The position numbers and the translations under genes are program-made. DNA of 64,000 nucleotides from Penicillus capitatus (taxonomy: Eukaryota; Plantae; Chlorophyta). Location: contig OZ287697.1 in assembly GCA_965649825.1 (NCBI GenBank), positions 1,908,351 to 1,972,350 on the forward strand, in the 5' to 3' direction. The notes under the pieces were generated by a model, which saw only the letters and a list, made by a program, of their open reading frames with translations, was not told where the DNA came from and made no database searches. Position 1 is the first letter of the stretch; each line of letters starts with the position of its first letter. Shown one piece after another: positions 59,401 to 64,000 of this stretch.

Positions 59401-60068
59401 TCGGAAGCCGGCAGCGTGTCCGGTCCGCGGTGTCAGAACCGTTACCGCACACCCGTCAGGTAGTGTGATGCGTAAAAACGAACGTGAGGTAGAAAACAGA
59501 GTTTGTTGCAGAATACGAATTGTGTTTGCAAAACATCGTATTTATACTACCCAGCATGACGTTATGATGCCGTCATGCCTCTTGTAATGATGTGACCGGT
59601 GTTTCTTCCTTTCTTCTTCCCGCTTCATCTTCAGGTCCACGACAGTAGTGTTGAAAGAAATAGCAACCCAAGAATGGCTACTGTAAGGGTGCCCCCTGTC
59701 GCCTCGGGTCTTCTGGCGAGAGGACGCTGCTGTCGCGCCAACTGTCCCTGTGGCACCACGCCAGCAGAACAATCACTAGCGAACGTATGACGAGAGGCGT
59801 GAGGAGAGGCTTACATAATGACGTGACAGACCAATGACCGGGGTATTAAAGGCGAGAACTGTTCTGTCGTATCGTCCAGCTATGTAAATAGCATTGCGAA
59901 CGAGTTTCGCTGCGCGACTCGCCATCCGGCCCGGACTCGGCCGCCCGATCGACGTTCACAGAACCATCAGATATCCAGCGCAACATCTTGGAGGACTCAA
60001 ATACCGGAAGCCATAGCAAACTCATCCACATCACATGCAAAGCACATCTCAACAACCGGGTCTGTGAC

Positions 60069-60879
60069 TTATGGCATACAGGTCCCAAAGGAAAGGCGCT
60101 CAAACAAACTTGCCGGAGGCCCAAATGGAACGAACTTGGTTGATTCACTTCTCAAGATAGAACACCACCAGATTGAGCCGATTTCTCTCTGGCCACTTCC
60201 CGACACGTGACTACTTATTATGCTTTCATTGCCCGGATGCGGATCAGTCAAATTAATGTCGGCATGGTGGATGCCACGTGGACGAGACTCGGGACCCATC
60301 TTAAGCTGTCCACTGACGGGTATGCATGAACGGTTCTGGCCGCGCGGACCGGACAGGCTGTCCGCTTCCTGACGTGACAGGAGTCCGCGTGGGCCAAGGG
60401 TATTTATGTGACAGGCCGCACCATGCTGTAGTCTTTGCATCGACTCAGCATCGTCTCTTCCGACTTCTTATACGCATCGGCGCGTTCGCGTCGCGCCAGT
60501 TGTCTGCGTATCCCCGACATCCACACCTGTCCCTCGCTTCGCAATGTGCATCTTCTGTCCGATCAGGACTTTCCAACAACTCTGTCGATCTGTTATCTGT
60601 CTCGATTCGATGCTTTTCTCGCATCTCTTAATCCGACATAATCTCACTCTCTTGGCCAGCGAACAGAGAACCATGGGACATACCTAAGTGTGAACTCCCA
60701 TGAGAGACCCCCACATAATAATAATGAAACCGAAGGAAGGTTTGCCGTCGTGCGAGAAAAGTGGCTTCATATTTGGCGAAGTTCTCTCTCGTGAGCTTTG
60801 GTCTTTTACTAAGACTGCCCAGACGCTTTATCGCCACATCCACCAGTTGCACCGCCGCCGTCAACCGCAGGACGCACAT
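60069..60879 (-). pseudogene. Possible decayed protein-kinase-like fragment
   Basis: VDVAIKRL..ENFAKYEATFLA resembles kinase subdomains II-III; no intact HRD/DFG; stops in all downstream frames. Confidence 0.2.
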
Positions 60880-61571
60880 AGAAAAGTGATCTGCACAGAG
60901 CCATGGCGTTGTTCTCTTTGAGAAGCTTTCCTCGAGAGAGTGGAATAGGCATCAAGGATCAGGTGCTTCAAAATGTCTGTTTCTTCGTCGAAGCAGATCG
61001 ATGATTAGACTGCGTCAGTAAGGGATCATAAGACGCTCGCTTTAAGTGTTTGAAGATAGTTGAACAGTCACACTGCATGACAAACGAGAGATTCACCCTT
61101 TCCATTTTGAAAACAGAAGTGCACTCAATCTCACATCTTTTTTCTTCTGTGAGCAATCGTCCCCTTCGCTAAATTTCAGTGCAGCTGAATCGTATTGTCA
61201 CGTGAGAGGGATGCAGTTCACCGATAGCAACGGTGTATTTCTCGATTGGGAACAGCGAACCCGTTGTCACATGCATATCGGTCTCGCCGTTGTTGTACTG
61301 ATGTGACAGGTATGGTGCGATCGCGAACAGCAGAGGAGGATGCGTTGTGAGGAAATGACGTAGAGCTAAGTTCGCGTCTTGAGGACGTGGTCTTCAAAGG
61401 TCCACTGATAGACAGAGCTGCGTAGCGGGCTTATTTGTTAAGGCGAGACATTTCCGGTAGACACAACTAACTTCTGCAAGAAAAAGTGGCCAATCAGAAG
61501 CCGCAAAAGTGCGACTGTACATTCTGTGCAAAGATATGGGAGTATGTAAAAGGAACATACCCTCCGGCTGA

Positions 61572-62444
61572 ATGTTGTATTCGTGCTTGTGTTCATTGTC
61601 TCCTCGTAGCTTCGAAAGGCCAAATCTTATTACTGCCTTCAAAACGAAGATGTACGGCATGTGTCCCTACAACACGGGTTCCTTCAACGCGCAGAAGCCA
61701 ACTCCGGGCTGGTTCAACGTGGATCCCGTCAATCCGGCGATGGAAATCAACACGGAGATAACGGAGATGCCACCACCTGGACGGTTCGGAGTAAAACCCC
61801 GCAGGCCGAAGACGAAACCAGTTGAAGACCCGTGGAAGGAATTCCTTTCTCCGAAAGCGAAAGATTTGCGTCTTCAGATTCTTCACAAAGGGCAGATGAA
61901 GGCATTTCGCAAAGACCGAGATAGACAGCTACGGAACGGCGTCAGGCGTCGAAACCATCGCATTCGGCGCTCCCGGCCGTTTCGATATGTCGCCCCTCGA
62001 GAAACGCTAGCAAGCATTGCGAGCTGTATTTCAAAGAAAAGTATGGAGTACGTCTACGACTTGGTAAAGGAGGCAGGAAGGCACTTTGCGAAACGCACAT
62101 GGGAACGTGCCTGGGGAATGGAGGAAGCCATAGAGGAAGCCGACGACGCTGCCGACGGTGTGAGTGTGAGCGGCGACACAGAGTACTTCTCTGCCGCCTC
62201 ACAGTTCTCTGCCGACGAGGAAGACGTCGTTTCGATGCACGGAGAACGCATGGAGAGCGTGCAGGCAACGCCTCCGGTTGTGCCTTTTGAGCAAGTAGTT
62301 CGCAATGTTTTTCCTGGTCCGGTGCGTCGACCGGACCCACCACCTACTGTAGCAGACGTCTACAGCCATGATTCTATGCAGCAGGATAACGACGAGGCCT
62401 CGGCGACGGAAATTCATCGCCGCAAGAGATGTCGTTTCTTTTGA
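61572..62444 (+). CDS. Hypothetical protein, last exon (upstream exons probably about 61310-61540)
   Basis: 290-codon open frame with basic and acidic low-complexity blocks, ending RRKRCRFF. Confidence 0.65.
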   Translation: MLYSCLCSLSPRSFERPNLITAFKTKMYGMCPYNTGSFNAQKPTPGWFNVDPVNPAMEINTEITEMPPPGRFGVKPRRPKTKPVEDPWKEFLSPKAKDLRLQILHKGQMKAFRKDRDRQLRNGVRRRNHRIRRSRPFRYVAPRETLASIASCISKKSMEYVYDLVKEAGRHFAKRTWERAWGMEEAIEEADDAADGVSVSGDTEYFSAASQFSADEEDVVSMHGERMESVQATPPVVPFEQVVRNVFPGPVRRPDPPPTVADVYSHDSMQQDNDEASATEIHRRKRCRFF

Positions 62445-62505
62445 ATCGTCAGACCAGTCGCACTTACCTCAATGACGGCTTCCGGCGCGAGGAAGATCTG
62501 CGTTG

Positions 62506-63410
62506 TTACTGGACTCCAAGAGAAGATCCTTCCTGTGTGAAGTCACGGCCATGCACAAGGCCTTTCGTCTGAAAACAAGATGGGCATGCAAGCGATACAA
62601 GAGGCGCATGGTTGCTCTCGTAGCCATGTTTACACAGTTCGTCCCCCACGGGGCAGACGGCGTCGCTCTGGCAGCACGTCCTCTCCACGATGGAGTCGAT
62701 CAAACTGGTGAGCATGTTATGACATGCACAGCCGTGCCCGCAGTCGAAATTGGACGCCTATCGCTCGGGTAGCACGGCGCTTTTTCGGAGGCGTTGGGTG
62801 TGCAACAGGCTTTGATGTCGACTAGCTATCGACTTTGACAGAGTATCCTGTTGGACGACCTCAATGTTCTGCTTTCAACTTGTCAATAAATCGTTTCATA
62901 TGAAGCTCGAGTCGTTCGTTCTCGAATCCCCAAGGCCATGTACAAACATGCTGTGTAAACGAAAGGTGTTTGCAGCTGGGTGTGTGTTCACGGCGCGCGT
63001 TAGCGTTTTTGACCTCCGCACGGGAACACGGGTGTCGATAGTCGATCAACTCTGGGAGAGACGCAGGGGTCGTCGGTCGCAATTCGAGACAGCTTCAACA
63101 TCGTGCTCCGTGCGATTTCTTTGAAGACGCCGCTCTCTCTTTTCTCGAACGCCGGATAGTCGCTCGCGTCGCTCAACGTACTCGTCTGCTTTGAACTTAA
63201 ATTTAGATACCCCACGCTGCATTGCTTCCCCTTGCGTACTGCCCGACGAGTCCGCAATTTGCGGAGAGGTGATTCAATCGCATCACAGCTCCGGAAGCGG
63301 AAGGCTTCCAGAGAATGAACGAGAGCATCCACGAGTGCATCGCAGATTCGTCAGATTTCTTACCGTCCTTACGGCTTTTGGTACTGAATAGCATACCACC
63401 GTCTGTGTTT
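62506..63410 (-). CDS. Possible hypothetical gene with Cys-rich C-terminal part; model unresolved
   Basis: Exon-like pieces EAMQRGVSKFKFKADEYVERRE.. and DCGHGCAC..CCQSDAVCP. Confidence 0.25.
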
Positions 63411-63644
63411 GTCCCTTTGAGTGACCCCGTGTGATTCGGCGCGGCATGATCGGAGCGGTCGGTGTTTGTGTTTTGATAGAGACGTTACATCATCACGATG
63501 ACGGAAGCGGATTCAAAGCGATGTCAACATTCTTCACCAGCCAACCAACCGCCCAACCACGCACAAAGATCCATCCTTATTGTCCCGCATCCTCATGGCT
63601 CCTTGCGAAAATGAACATGACCGTCACTGTCATCGGCATTCTCT

Positions 63645-64000
63645 TCAACGAATAAACGTTCTTCCCCAGCAGCTTCTCGAAGTCGACGCCTCTAGATTTG
63701 GATTGTCTTGTGTCAGTGCCTGGCATCGATGAAACTCGTCTGGATTGTCCGGAAACAGACGTTGCAAAACTTGATGGATAAACGGCAATGTTAGGCGCGG
63801 ATTGCGCTGGGTTAGGCTGGTGAAAGACTCAGTCAGTAGTATCTTGCAAAGACGTTTGAAGGCAATCTGCTCACAGACCTTGCGCAGTTCGTCATTATTT
63901 CTCTCATCTGCCACTTCCAAAAGTGGTGCCAAAGTGTCTTCATCCGTCAACTTCTCAAACATTACGACGCACTCTTGCACCAGTCCCTTAACGTTGTACT
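63645..64000 (-). CDS. BTB/POZ protein, C-terminal BACK-like part (5' end outside the window)
   Basis: VKGLVQECVVMFEKLTDEDTLAPLLEVADERNNDELRKVCEQI..ILLTESFTSL. Confidence 0.7.
   Translation of the reverse strand, partial: YNVKGLVQECVVMFEKLTDEDTLAPLLEVADERNNDELRKVCEQIAFKRLCKILLTESFTSLTQRNPRLTLPFIHQVLQRLFPDNPDEFHRCQALTQDNPNLEASTSRSCWGRTFIR

Noticed and set aside
1-64000. Alternative nuclear code (TAA/TAG read as Gln, as in some ulvophytes)
   Set aside because: Conserved proteins end at TAA (ALDH12A1, SNF2 helicase, EF-Ts) and TAG (ADA2, DUS3, RPB9). Breaks in conserved domains are explained by short introns.
1-64000. Prokaryotic operon, CRISPR array, rRNA/tRNA gene or intact transposon
   Set aside because: Genes are eukaryotic and intron-rich. 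No spaced direct repeats, RNA-gene signatures, transposase/RT motifs or terminal repeats were recognised by eye.

Overview
Very gene-dense nuclear DNA from a eukaryote, most likely a green alga (siphonous Bryopsidales-like; inferred only from gene content and protein style). It uses the standard genetic code and has short (about 40-60 nt) spliceosomal introns. About 30 protein-coding genes are supported. Recognisable ones: KYP/SUVH4-like H3K9 methyltransferase, membrane-anchored KP-43-type subtilase, two F-box/LRR paralogues, P5C dehydrogenase (ALDH12A1), RNase M5-like TOPRIM nuclease, MUTYH, AP2 factor, TLC/NTT-like transporter, ADA2, NSL1-like protein, XRCC4, U2AF65-like protein, mitochondrial EF-Ts, DHH phosphoesterase, RPB9, DnaJ protein, GW2/DA2-like RING E3, DUS3, proteinase K-like subtilase, RAD5/ULS1-like SNF2 helicase and a partial BTB protein. 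The main finding is a pair of secreted SUN/GH132-like glucanase homologues, a family characterised in ascomycete fungi, each with an extra C-terminal domain behind an RRL(L) site. Also notable: co-oriented ORFs only 5-26 nt apart (candidate bicistronic loci), a 44-bp head-to-head gap, and a 9-mer (TGATGTGAC) found at least 24 times, often in promoters. No rRNA, tRNA, CRISPR array or intact transposon was seen. Exon boundaries were spliced by eye and family assignments come from recalled motifs, not database searches.
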